DNA of 53,298 bases from assembly GCA_035250975.1 (NCBI GenBank), contig DATFEP010000059.1, positions 1 to 53,298 on the forward strand, written 5' to 3'. Source of the DNA: Nitrososphaeraceae archaeon (GTDB lineage: Archaea > Thermoproteota > Nitrososphaeria > Nitrososphaerales > Nitrososphaeraceae). The position numbers were made by a program, and so were the translations under genes. Under the pieces are notes generated by a model. The model was not told where the DNA came from and made no database searches. It worked only from the letters and a program-made list of their open reading frames with translations. Shown in pieces: positions 29,925 through 41,300 of this stretch (its first letter is position 1; each line of letters starts with the position of its first letter).

Positions 29925-30189
29925 GTAATTTAGTGATATTAAGATTAATACTACTATCTATTTATTTTTGCTTTAACTATGTACAATAAAGATCGCTTTT
30001 AATTTAAGAAAATAGATTTAGCTACGAATGTTCTATTTCTAAATCTATGATCAGTAGATTTCTTGAAAGAAACTGAACGCCCACTGCAACAATTATGTAC
30101 TCTATTTATTAGCACATGCTTGGCCTCGATCTTTGAAAGAATTGGAATGTATTAGAATAGGAAGGAAGGATCAAACCTGGGCCAGGTTG

Positions 30190-30300
30190 TTAATGAACTG
30201 GTTCCTCAATATGTTTTGTTCTTGGATTCTTGAATGTCCAGTATTCTTTTTTGTATCCATCCTGAAAGTTACGAGCACCATCACAAATCGAAACATTGAT
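30190..30300 (-). mobile_element. Possible DDE transposase fragment
   Basis: Minus strand reads ICDGARNFQDGYKKEYWTFKNPRTKHI, resembling the xxDG segment of IS6-like transposases. Confidence 0.35.
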
Positions 30301-30355
30301 TTTTTTTAAAGAAATAATTGATATTGTACTGGATAATATATTTAAAAGAATAGTC

Positions 30356-30655
30356 ATGACAGCATTAAAAGATGATTTGGATAAAGTAGTATCAATATTA
30401 CATGCAACTTTTGAATTACCAGGAATACAAAGAAAATATGATGAATCATTTGGTCAGATTTCTAATATTTTAAGTCGATACGGCATCAATGAAAATCCAA
30501 AAAATCTACGTGTTGTGTATACTTTATGCATGCAACAATTTTTTGAATCTATACCTGAAGATAAATGGAGATTAAATGACCCTTCATTTATTAAAGAATC
30601 AGAAGAATTTGGAATTATAAAATTCAAAGAATGGATAATAGAACAAATAACTTGA
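30356..30655 (+). CDS. Hypothetical protein
   Basis: ORF track 30296..30655; probable ATG (MTALKDD) at 30356. Confidence 0.6.
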   Translation: MTALKDDLDKVVSILHATFELPGIQRKYDESFGQISNILSRYGINENPKNLRVVYTLCMQQFFESIPEDKWRLNDPSFIKESEEFGIIKFKEWIIEQIT

Positions 30656-31017
30656 TATATTTAAAAACCTCATAGATTTCAGTGTAGCCAACCAGATGTT
30701 TTATTATTTAAAATTCTTTTGGAAAAGGAAAGACGTTATTATTGTGTGACACATAAATTAAATAAAAAAAATAAATTTGATTGTAACCTTTGCGTTGTTG
30801 TACAATTACAAAAATCAATAATTGGTCATAACCTAATTATTGAATTTAATCTCGTTTTTATTATGACACGAGATAATTTAAGCAGTATACTAAAGAGCAA
30901 TACGAATTTTATTTGAAATCTATACTGTGTTTGTAGTATACTATATGTTTAGCGAAATCATTTTAGTTGCTATAGTTATGCAAAAACAAAATATCTAGCC
31001 ATAAAGTTTCATTATAT

Positions 31018-31341
31018 CTATTTGTTGAATTTACGATAGTGGGCTATTGTATTATTACAAATCATGCATTTGTATTCTCCCTTTTCTAGTAAAATAACAT
31101 CTTCTGTAATATCCTCATTTGGATTCTCATAGGTTATCAGAGGAGATCCAAGATATTCTTTTCCACATTTGTTACAATAATACCTTGTTAATCTTTTTTT
31201 GTCTAGTCTACCTATATTTCCCAAGAATAAATGTGGTACTCCTATACTGAACTTTAGTTCTTCATCTTCTGTTAGGTATGCGAAAGCATAACCACCTGAG
31301 CCTAACAGTTTCTTCTCTTCTAAATCCTCATTTTTATGCAA
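31018..31341 (-). CDS. Small zinc-ribbon protein
   Basis: Two CxxC pairs (YCNKCGK, YKCMICN). Confidence 0.75.
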   Translation of the reverse strand: MHKNEDLEEKKLLGSGGYAFAYLTEDEELKFSIGVPHLFLGNIGRLDKKRLTRYYCNKCGKEYLGSPLITYENPNEDITEDVILLEKGEYKCMICNNTIAHYRKFNK

Positions 31342-31520
31342 ACGTATTATCTATTCATAAATAATAAATTGTAAGATTAAAGCTTTAACTTAAGTAGAAT
31401 CCAAATAGAAGGACATAAGAGAACGTTAATGGATAAATCATTTTGTTATTGTTTCAGATGGGAGTTATGATAAAGTCATAACTGTTTCGCAATGTTCCGA
31501 TAATCCATCTTGTAATAAGC

Positions 31521-31575
31521 ATATGACAGAATAAGTCGTCTGTCGAAACGAGCGTGTCAATCCCGCCCAGTCCAT
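31521..31575 (+). repeat. Dispersed repeat copy A (inverted arms plus tRNA-3'-like tail)
   Basis: ATATGACAGAAT-aagtcg-TCTGTCGAAaCGAgcGTGTCAAT matches 33594-33634 at 34/41 nt; ATCCCGCCCAGTCCAT matches 26310-26325 exactly. Confidence 0.75.
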
Positions 31576-31691
31576 TGAATGATAATCTTTTCCTGTGCTA
31601 ACAAAAAGACACAAACATAAATGAAAGTGTCAATCTTCTGAAAATTAATTTATATAGAAGCTACTAATGAAAATTGAGTATAATACTACTT

Positions 31692-32006
31692 TCATCGGAG
31701 TTCCTGAAGTGGTTCTGTCGAATTGAAGGATTCCAATGTGTTCTTTAATTGCTCGTCTAATTCTTGTTGCTGCATTTTCAAATCTCTTTCGAATTCATCT
31801 GTCACATTATAGGATTGCGTTGTTTCCGTTGTTTGCTTTAATTGCTCGTCTAATTCTTGTTGCTGCATTTTCAAAATGCTTTCGAATTCATCTGAAGCGT
31901 TTGAAGTTTGGGCTTGAATATTCTGACTGGATAATCCTATGAAGAGAACAAAAAAAATGGCCAAAATACTAAACTTGTTAAAATTTAAAAATATTGCCGG
32001 TAGCAT
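31692..32006 (-). CDS. Small exported protein with 31-aa tandem duplication
   Basis: Signal peptide ending IQAQ; DEFExxLKMQQQELDEQLK occurs twice; DNA repeat at 31743 and 31836 (93-bp period). Confidence 0.75.
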   Translation of the reverse strand: MLPAIFLNFNKFSILAIFFVLFIGLSSQNIQAQTSNASDEFESILKMQQQELDEQLKQTTETTQSYNVTDEFERDLKMQQQELDEQLKNTLESFNSTEPLQELR

Positions 32007-32367
32007 TACTCTTTTTCTAGCATTGATATATTATAATAACCATTTAAATTTTGATTATAAATCCACTAGAAGGTAGATGATTTAGTTTTCATATGTATCT
32101 AGGTTTATAATCAGACAGAATAAACTCGCTTTATAGCCTTTATTGGAAGCGATATTAACATCATCTCTAATGGTTCTAAACCCACCAGTAGTTTCGACTG
32201 CAGAAGCACAAGCGTACTGTCATGAATACGGCTATGATAATTATTAGAAAGGTGATATAGATAGACGGATACGATAAAGGATATTAAGAAAGATATAAAA
32301 AACTCAATTTTCGTATTTAATAAAAGTTTAACCACGTAGTGAAATTATCATTCCGTCACCTGCATTT

Positions 32368-33336
32368 TTACTCGGACAATACTTGTTTAAGTGTATGAGA
32401 TGCCTGGTCTATTGCACCCCTTGCTGCAGGAGTATCGGTAATTGAATTTAGCATCACAAAGTCATGAATAGTGCCAAGATAGCGGGTTGCAGTGGTTACA
32501 ACTCCAGCCTGCATCAGTTTATGAGCATAGGCCTCACCTTCATCACGAAGTACGTCATTCTCTCCGACTATGATAAGTGTAGGCGGTAATCCACTAAGCT
32601 GCTCAACTGATGCTTGCAGGGGACAAACAGTTGGCTCTTTTAAATCAGTATCATTTGAAAGGTAATTATCCCAAAACCATTTCATTGCTTCACGGGTAAG
32701 AAAGTAACCTTCTTCATATTTCAAATATGATGGAGTGTCAAAATTCGCATCTGTGACTGGGTAAAAGAGTAATTGGAACGTGATAGGATTTCCACCCCGT
32801 TCTTTGGCAAGTAGTGCAACTGCAGTAGCGATGTTGCCACCTGCACTATCACCTGCTACGGCTATCCGTGAAGGATCTACATTGATAGTTTGACCATTTT
32901 CTGCAATCCATTTTGTAGCAGCATATCCTTCTACTACAGGTATTGGATACTTAGCCTCGGGGGACCGAGTATAATTTACAAATATAATGGCTGCATGTGC
33001 CCCGTTAGCAAGTTCCCTTAATAGTCTCTCATGAGTATCAAAACCACCCAGGACCCATCCACCACCATGGAAGTACACTACAACAGGTAGAGTCTCGTTT
33101 CTGCTACCTTGGGGTCTGACTATCTGAATAGATATTTCACCGCTAGGACCCCCTGGAATAGTTTTGTTTTCGATTTCAGCGGCAAGTTTTTGTATTTGAC
33201 CAGACTGAAGACCAGAGAGTATATTACGAGCTTCATTGGGTGTCAAAGTATAGAGTGGAGGACCGGCGTTCTTTTGTAGACTTTCTAGAAATATTCGAGT
33301 ACTACTTTCTACAGTAGAATAATTGTACTTATCCAC
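32368..33336 (-). CDS. Alpha/beta hydrolase, hormone-sensitive-lipase family esterase
   Basis: YFHGGGW, GDSAGG nucleophile elbow, ENDVLRDEG, IHDF. Confidence 0.93.
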   Translation of the reverse strand: MDKYNYSTVESSTRIFLESLQKNAGPPLYTLTPNEARNILSGLQSGQIQKLAAEIENKTIPGGPSGEISIQIVRPQGSRNETLPVVVYFHGGGWVLGGFDTHERLLRELANGAHAAIIFVNYTRSPEAKYPIPVVEGYAATKWIAENGQTINVDPSRIAVAGDSAGGNIATAVALLAKERGGNPITFQLLFYPVTDANFDTPSYLKYEEGYFLTREAMKWFWDNYLSNDTDLKEPTVCPLQASVEQLSGLPPTLIIVGENDVLRDEGEAYAHKLMQAGVVTTATRYLGTIHDFVMLNSITDTPAARGAIDQASHTLKQVLSE

Positions 33337-33593
33337 TGCATATACTAATGGATTGGTATTATTTAAAAACGATGAAATGCTAATTCCAATTGTTATTGAT
33401 ATTACGATAATTGATGAAAAATACTAAGCAAGTTTGTTTTTCATCTTATTATGATATAGATTTTCGTATTTATTATTTTATTTACTTATTAACAGTCAAT
33501 AATAAAGATAAAGACTCGATAAACTAACAGTTTCTAATTTGAAATGATTCATATAAAAAAAAATAAATATACTTTAAACTACATAGCATGAGA

Positions 33594-33634
33594 ATATGAC
33601 AGAATCATTATTCTGTCGAACCGATTGTGTCAAT
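33594..33634 (+). repeat. Dispersed repeat copy B
   Basis: ATATGACAGAAT-cattat-TCTGTCGAAcCGAttGTGTCAAT, an ungapped match to 31521-31561. Confidence 0.75.
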
Positions 33635-33854
33635 GCCCATCAATTTGTATTCCACTACCAAAATCTTTTTTCTTACCAAATGCCATATCGATAAAGCAAG
33701 ATTTTGCAAAAGAAAAGCGATTACCCTCTCTTTCATTCATAATAAATTGAATGTAACAATAAGAAAGTATGAAGTATTTCATAATGGGAAGAACTGTTAA
33801 TTTAAGATTAATTCAACTCCTTTTTTAACAAGGATAATAAAATAATTTTTCTTA

Positions 33855-33972
33855 GATGTCATAACATTATTGTACATGAAAATAAAGAATTGTATCCAGT
33901 TATACAGATGAAATAGATTACATTCATTTTGCATACATGGTCACTAGTTATCAAAATTCTATATTGTGTCCT
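33855..33972 (-). mobile_element. IS6-family transposase 3' fragment
   Basis: Minus strand reads NFDN**PCMQNECNLFHLYNWIQFFIFMYNNVMT. Confidence 0.7.
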
Positions 33973-33989
33973 GACTCATTGTAATGATC

Positions 33990-34380
33990 ACTTAGTCTCA
34001 TCATGAGTCAGTCCTATTTGGTACTACAAGTTTGGAAGTAAAACATACCTGTTTAAGCAGTTTGACTGCTTTGATTCATGAAAATACTTTTTGTATTATC
34101 TGAAACAGATACAGAAAGATTCCAAAATGTTACCTATACTTGATAAAGCAAAGAACATTACAATTCAAAAATACTGTAATATTTTGATGAATACAAGCAT
34201 AATCTGATTCCAGTATATATTTTCAATGCGTCTTCAGAGTTTATGGTATTGGAAGAAATATCGAATATGACCAAAAAATGATCTTCTTGTCCTACAGAAT
34301 TATTCATCCTTCAGAGAGTTCATAATTAAAATATCTAGATATTTTAGAACAAAAAGATTCAATCTGAATACGAGGAATCC
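33990..34380 (+). mobile_element. IS630-family transposase remnant
   Basis: Broken frames give LFGTTSL, LFKQFDCFD, ILDKAK, LIPVYIFNASSEFMVLEE and NDLLVLQNYSSFREFIIKISRYFRTKRFNLN (IS630-type DDE C-terminus with an SPE-like motif). Confidence 0.6.
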
Positions 34381-34432
34381 CCTCATCTGAGGTGAATAAG
34401 CATATTTATCTTAATTGCTAAAATATCTAGTT

Positions 34433-34630
34433 TCATATGTACAGATTTAGTTCTGTTATGATTGTAGATACCGTTTGCAAGTTATATTTCTCTTCCTCTA
34501 TGTAAGAACAACAGTAATATTGAATATTTTTGACATTTTCGTTTTGTGCTAGTACTCCAGACATGGGTATCGCAAGTAGTGCAATAACCATTCCTGAAAT
34601 TAGGAAAACTAATGGGTATTTTTTTTCCAT
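34433..34630 (-). pseudogene. Signal-peptide-bearing short ORF, probably a truncated exported-protein gene
   Basis: Clear signal peptide (MEKKYPLVFLISGMVIALLAIPMSGVLAQ) followed by only about 35 residues. Confidence 0.4.
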
Positions 34631-34929
34631 ATTTATTTCTGTAATTGTATACTGAATTCTTATTCTTAAAGATATCGATAAATAGACTGACAGCTTTACG
34701 AAAAAAAGATATTGTATGTTACTAACTAGCCATATACTAGCTTAGATTATAATAAAATTTAAGAAAATCAATTATTATAGTCTATTAAGCATATACAATG
34801 TGTTTAGCCCTGTATATCTTGTTGTTCCGAAGATTAATATTAATCATGTTTACAAGAAACAAAAAACATTCAACACTTATTCTAGTAAATTTTGTATTTG
34901 TTCTACAATAAATCAAAGGTCCTAGTAAT

Positions 34930-35505
34930 ATTTAGAGATGAGAAATGGAATCATGTTTCTGTTTGCAATTTGATTTAGGAATTTTTTTCATATCAAATAT
35001 ATAGTAAAAGAAAAAAAGTATCGCATTTATTATAGATGAAACTCCTATTCAGATTGGAAAACAATATTACTACCTGCTATGGATTTATGTTGAACCAGTA
35101 TTCATCCCTTGCTTAGTATTCTTATTTTATATGATAGAAACGTGCTTGTTGATGAAAATTAATTTGATCTGGTTGAAAGGTGTGTAATACATATTGTCTA
35201 CTAGGAAGGTGGTATCAAATGACATTCACAGAAATTTAAATTTAAACATTTAAAATATAGACAAAATTCCCCACTGGAAAGGTGATCAATTGAGATTTAC
35301 GGATTAGATAAATAAGAGAAACGAAATTTTGATCATCACATCATTAATAGATAACAGAGTACATCATTAACATATAACAGAGAAGTGATCTATCACAAGT
35401 ATACATTGGATGAAAATTTCCATGTACGGGTCCAACATTATAATAAAAAATAAAATTTCATTCCTAAAAAGAGATGAGTTACCCTAAAAGTTTACAGGAC
35501 CGTTA
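34930..35505 (+). mobile_element. Highly degraded IS6-family element
   Basis: AFIIDETPIQIGKQYYYLLWIYVEPV, DRNVLVDEN, VY*EGG and SPLE in broken plus-strand frames. Confidence 0.65.
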
Positions 35506-35777
35506 TCAACTAATAATGAAATTTATTGACAAATACATCATGCTACATTGTACTAACATTACTCTTTTGAATTATCGAATTTCCCTATACTAAAAATTAT
35601 ATGGTTTTAGAAGCATTCCTTAGTATTGAATTAGCATTAAAACAAGATAGGGAAAATTTAAAATGTCTTAAGGCATTTTCTCCTAATAAATAGATGAATA
35701 CATTGATAAATTGAGTATCCATTATTTTTTGATAATGGAATTAATTCTGACAGCCTGAATTCTTTCTACGAAATCAA

Positions 35778-35803
35778 AATATTTTTCGGCGCCGAAAAAT
35801 ATT
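35778..35803. repeat. Perfect 26-bp palindrome
   Basis: AATATTTTTCGGCGCCGAAAAATATT; degenerate second copy at 42832-42855. Confidence 0.85.
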
Positions 35804-36029
35804 CATAATTATATTTCAGATATCGTATCTGGTCTTATGCATCAAAGAATAACGAAGGATAGTGTATTACAATAATTCGATATATCAGGATTATAATAAG
35901 ATGTAGATCTAGTGTAATTGCGCAATAGATCTATTTTATATTTATACTTGACATCACTGACACGGTCTATCACTAACTGACCAGCTAGTAATTTTATAAC
36001 TTAATTAGACGTCTTCCGTAATTGAAAAA

Positions 36030-36728
36030 GTTTTACTATCTACTGTTACCCTCATCTTTTCTGAATTCTTACTATTATTATGATAAGTTATTGCTATTCT
36101 TCCTGATGATCCCGTAATTCACAAGACCAAGTACAGTATCTGTTCCTGTATCTTACGCATTATACAGAATTTCTTTATCCTGCAGACGATAAGTTCTATA
36201 ATGATTCGCTGTCTGCAATGATTATTTTTGTTATACTCTTTTTTCTTCCTTAGTCAATTCAATATTTCTTTTCTTCTTTACTACTAATGCTACTTTCAGA
36301 TTGGGAAAGTCTTTTCTATTCCTTGCTATCCAAGATCAAAATTGTGTTAGCTTGTTGTGGTGTTATCGGATGTTCATCCTTGTAAATGTTATAGTCATGC
36401 CGTATTGACTAGGCGTTCTATGTATGTGTCTTATATCTCTGAACACGTCGCTGTGGTCCAGATCGAACAGAAATCCTGAAGGTGTATTTGTTATGTCAAG
36501 TCTGTAGTACACCAAAATTACTAGAAATCTTTCTCTTAATTTCAGTTCCAAATGATTTCCTGCACCCACTTCTCTTGTTCTATTCTTTCTTTTACATAGA
36601 CATTTTATTTCGTATTGCGGATATCTGTATTCTATTACCTTGCAAATTAAATCAAATTCAGATAATTCCAGACCTGTTAATCACCTGAATAGTTGTGCTT
36701 TTCTTGATAAACGAGTGTAATTTAACAA
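36030..36728 (-). mobile_element. IS5-superfamily (HTH_Tnp_4/DDE_Tnp_4-type) transposase pseudogene
   Basis: LLNYTRLSRKAQLFR*LTGLELSEFD...GAGNHLELKLRERFLVILVYYRLDIT...GFLFDLDHSDVFRDI, later DLG*QGIEK; internal stops and frameshifts. Confidence 0.75.
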
Positions 36729-36897
36729 ATCTATAAGTAATTATGCTTTACAAGAGTGAAATAGGTGCAAGCTATCTAATCTTCCAAACCATCTAAATAT
36801 CAATATTGCTTAACAATATTACAATTACAAAAATTGGTCTAAGAAGTAGTCAAAAAACTTTAAAAGTTAATGAAGAATTAAACATTATATTGAAATA

Positions 36898-38292
36898 ATG
36901 AGTACAAATAATGACCTAAAATATCCAGATCAAAAGCAACAGCAAATTTTCATTAGTTATGCGCATGAGGACTTAGATGCTGCTAATCGTCTTTTTCATG
37001 ATCTGAAAGAGTTTGAAAAAGAATTTAAATTAAAATTTTGGTTAGATAAAGACAGTCTTTTACCTGGTCAAAATTGGTCAGAAGTCATACAAAATGTTAT
37101 TACAGAAAGTAAATACTTTATTTTGTTATTATCTAAAAATGCGATTGAAAAAAATACGTATGTACAAGAAGAATTAAGAATGGCCCTAGAAAAGGCTGAA
37201 AACCATCAACAAGCTGAAATCTATATAATACCCATACGTTTAGATGATTGTCAAATATCAGAATCGATCCAAAAGCTTCATGTTGTCGATTTATTTCCCG
37301 ATTGGAAACATGGATTTGAAAAAATATTATTGGCGATGAAAATTGGAGCAAAACCTAAAAAATTAACTGATGTTTATTGGGAGAATTTATTAGATGCTAT
37401 TGATAGAAAAAACTGCATTCCCTTTATTGGAAGCTCGGCCCTTGAATTTTTTAATCAAGTAGATGATAATGCTTTTCTTACCAACGACGAATTAGCAAAG
37501 GAATGGGCAAAAAAATATGACTATCCCTTTGAAGCTCCATATCAATTACCAAAAGTAGCCCAATATGTGGCAATAAATGAACTAGGTAACGAGATGGAAG
37601 CTAAGCAGAATGTCAGTACCAGATTTAGAAGAATGAAACCACCTAATTTTTTATCAAACAAATTTAATAAATCTCCACATGCAATTCTTGCCGAACTAAA
37701 TTTACCTATTTACATCACAACAAATTATGATTTTTTTATGGAAGAGGCATTAAAAAGTCAAGAAAAGAAACCGGTCAGTGGATTGTGTAGATGGAACGAT
37801 GAATTGAAAAACTCTATTGAAGAGAGAACAGAACAAGATCAATATCGACCTACAAAAGATGAACCATTGGTATTTCATTTCCATGGTTGCATAGATTATC
37901 CTGAATCATTGGTTTTAACTGAAAGAGATCATTTTGAATTTGTTATTTATACCAATAAAGAAAGTGAGAAAGATATGTTACCAACATTTTTGAGAAAAGC
38001 ATTGCCTACTTCAACATTATTATTTATCGGATACAGCCTAGATGACATTAATTTCCGCTCGATATTTCAGGGGGCTCTCAGCTTCATGGCTAGTGTCCGT
38101 AAACGCAGAAATAGCATAGCAGTCATACAAATCCCGGTAGAAAATGATTCTGTAAAAAAGGAAAAAGTTACTAAATATTTGGATCGCTACACAAAAGAGA
38201 TGTTTGAAATAGTAATTTACTGGGGAGAACCAAATGATTTTATCGAAGAATTACAGACAAGATGGAAAGAATTTAAGGAAAACAAGAGTTAA
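36898..38292 (+). CDS. TIR domain plus SIR2-like (SIR2_2) domain fusion protein
   Basis: TIR: IFISYAHED, WLDKDSLLPGQNW, YVQEEL (Glu retained), IIPIRLDDC. SIR2-like: CIPFIGS, YITTNYD, FHFHG, LVLTERD, LLFIGYSLDDINFR. Confidence 0.9.
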   Translation: MSTNNDLKYPDQKQQQIFISYAHEDLDAANRLFHDLKEFEKEFKLKFWLDKDSLLPGQNWSEVIQNVITESKYFILLLSKNAIEKNTYVQEELRMALEKAENHQQAEIYIIPIRLDDCQISESIQKLHVVDLFPDWKHGFEKILLAMKIGAKPKKLTDVYWENLLDAIDRKNCIPFIGSSALEFFNQVDDNAFLTNDELAKEWAKKYDYPFEAPYQLPKVAQYVAINELGNEMEAKQNVSTRFRRMKPPNFLSNKFNKSPHAILAELNLPIYITTNYDFFMEEALKSQEKKPVSGLCRWNDELKNSIEERTEQDQYRPTKDEPLVFHFHGCIDYPESLVLTERDHFEFVIYTNKESEKDMLPTFLRKALPTSTLLFIGYSLDDINFRSIFQGALSFMASVRKRRNSIAVIQIPVENDSVKKEKVTKYLDRYTKEMFEIVIYWGEPNDFIEELQTRWKEFKENKS

Positions 38293-38306
38293 GGGTTGAC
38301 CTATAT

Positions 38307-41300
38307 ATGGACCGTATAGAGAATTACTTTAAACACATCCAGGCTTCTAACTCATTGAATAGGATTGATAAAAAAAGCCTCGAACCTTACATTGGTCCTC
38401 GCCCATTTAATAGGGATCCAGAGGATCAAAAAAGATTTTTTGGTAGAGATTATGAAACCGAGGAAATTGTATCTCTAATTTCTAGCCATAAACTTGTCTT
38501 AATATATGCTCAATCTGGAGCGGGAAAGACATCTATATTTAATGCACAAGTAATTCCCACTTTAGAACAAGATGGATTTGAGGTCTTACCTGTTATCAGA
38601 TTAAAATCATCCAATATTAGTACTAACTTGGACACCAATGATGTTAAAAATATATGCATATTTAATAGCTTACAGAGCCTAAGGCCAGATCTTGATCCAA
38701 ATACACTAAAGGATAAATCACTGACAGAATTCTTACAAGAATATTTTCCAATAAAGAAAGATAAAAACGATAGGGAAATGCAACAAATATTAATATATGA
38801 TCAATTGGAAGAAATCTTTGACATCCTTCCAAGAAATTGGAAAGAACAAAGAAAGGAATTCTTTAATGAAATTGTTAAAGTCTTGAATGATATTATTCCG
38901 CTTCAAATCGTCTTTATCATTAGAGAAGACTATTTGGCACAATTAGATCCCTATACCAATAACCTGCCTGAAAAATTAAGACCTCGTTTTAGACTTGAAC
39001 GATTACGAGCAGATTCGGCTTTGTTAGCAATAAAAGGTCCACTAAAAGATGTTCCTAGAGATGTTATTCAAAATTATAAAGGAGATATAGATAAAGATAT
39101 AAATGATATAGTTCACGAATTGATGAAAATTCAAATAGAATATATGCCCGGGAAAACTCAACAAATAGAAGGCGAATTCATAGAACCTATTCAGCTTCAA
39201 GTCGTTCTTAAAAGATGGTGGGAAAAAATAACTAATCCTAACAGTAAAATCGTTAAACAAAATTTAATTTATGTTTCTGACGTAGATACTGCTTTGGAAG
39301 AATTCTATGAAGATGCTATAAATGATGTCATTAACAAAGACAAGATAAAAGAAAGCGAAATCAGAAAATGGTGTGAAGAAAATTTAATTACGCAAACAGG
39401 TACTAGAGGTATTGTTCATAAAGGTTCGGATTCAACCGCAGGCCTTAGAAATGATTTAATTGATATTTTAGAAAAGAAATATTTTATCAAGGAAAATCGT
39501 CGAGCTGGTGCGAGATGGTGTGAGTTAACTCATGATAGGTTAATCAAACCAATAATATCATCTAATCAAAAATGGAGAAAAGAACAGCAAAAAAGAAACA
39601 AATTAAAATTTGTAAAAATTTCAATACCCGTGGTAATTTCCGTTATTGTGATATTTGTAATTTATGAGTCTTTGTATCTAATACCTGTAGTTGAATCATT
39701 TCCTGCAGGCTATTTACCCTACGTTCTATCAGTTGATCAAAGTTCAGGATTAGTATATGTAACCAATCCCACATCAGACACGATCTCAGTTATAAATGGG
39801 AAAAAAAATGAACTAGTTAAGACTATAAACGTCCCAGATAATCCGCTTGATATTGCCGTGAATTCACAAAATAATTTAGTTTATGCTTCCATTCCAAAGA
39901 ACCAAAGTATATCAGTGATACAAAGAGATAATTTAATGCACGTTTTAAATCCATTCATCAAAAAGATACCAATAATTCAGGGAGTTTTTGATTACGATGT
40001 AACTAATATACCCTTAAATTATTCACCCCTTTCGTTGGGACTCGACTCTGTTCATTCCAAATTATATGTGAGCTCCCAGAATCTTGTATCTGTGATTGAC
40101 ACAAATACTAATAAAATCAATGAAACTATAAAAATAGCATATACTCCATACGAGGTTTCCGTTGATACGAAATCCAATAAAGTATATGTTGCTAATTATA
40201 AAGGTAATAAAGTATCTATTATTGATGGAACTGATTACAAGATATTAAAAACAATTACTGTTGGAAATAATCCAAGTAGCATAGTATTTAATCCTAATGA
40301 TAATAAAGTATATGTTGCTAATAGTGGAGATGATACTGTATCTGTTATAGATGGAACTGATTACAAGATATTAAAAACAATTACTGTTGGAAAAAGCCCA
40401 AGTAGCATGATATTTAATCCTAATGATAATAAAGTATATGTTGCTAATAAAGGAGATAACACAGTATCTGTTATAGATGAAAGAAATAATAACGATATAG
40501 TAGTAGCTATTTTCGAAGTTGGAAATAATCCTACGAGTATCAATATCAATGAAGGTCAAAATATACTTTACATAGTCAACAATTTGGACAATAAACTAAA
40601 AGCAATAGATAGGGGTAACAATTTAATGAAAAATTTCATTAGTTTCTTTAATAGTGGTAACCAACCAACAGAATTTGTTATAAATAAAATTCCTGTTGGT
40701 ATTCACCCATCAGGAATAGCCACAGATGCTGAAACCAAAATGGTATATGTGGCTAATACTGATTCCAATACTGTATCTGTTATAGATGGAACAAAAAATG
40801 AAATAAAAGAACAATTTAATGTAGGAGAAAAACCTCGAGACATCGATAGTATAAATGATACGATATATGTATCCAATTCTCTTTCTAACACAGTATCAGT
40901 TATAGACCGAGAAGAAGGATCTATTAAAAATATCACCACTGAAGGTAAATATCCTACAGGTTTGGCAGCTAACGAAAAGACCAATCTAGTATATGTTGCT
41001 AATACTGACTCAGACGATATATCAGTAATAAATGGTACAACCAAGAAAGTTGATTCAATAATAAACGTTGGAAATGCTCCAACTAGTATAGTAGTTGATG
41101 AAAGTAATAATTTTATATACGTAACTAATTATGAAAATGATAATGTATCAGTAATAAATGGTACAACCAAGAAAGTTGATCCAATAATAAAAGTTGGAAA
41201 TGGTCCAACCAGTATAGCATTTGATTCTGAAAAAAATTTAGTATACGTGGCGAATTATCTAGATGATACTATATCCGTAATAAATGCCACCGACAAGGTG

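Noticed and set aside
3002-38292. SIR2-HerA defence pair
   Set aside because: The HerA-like and SIR2-containing genes are more than 31 kb apart with unrelated genes between them.
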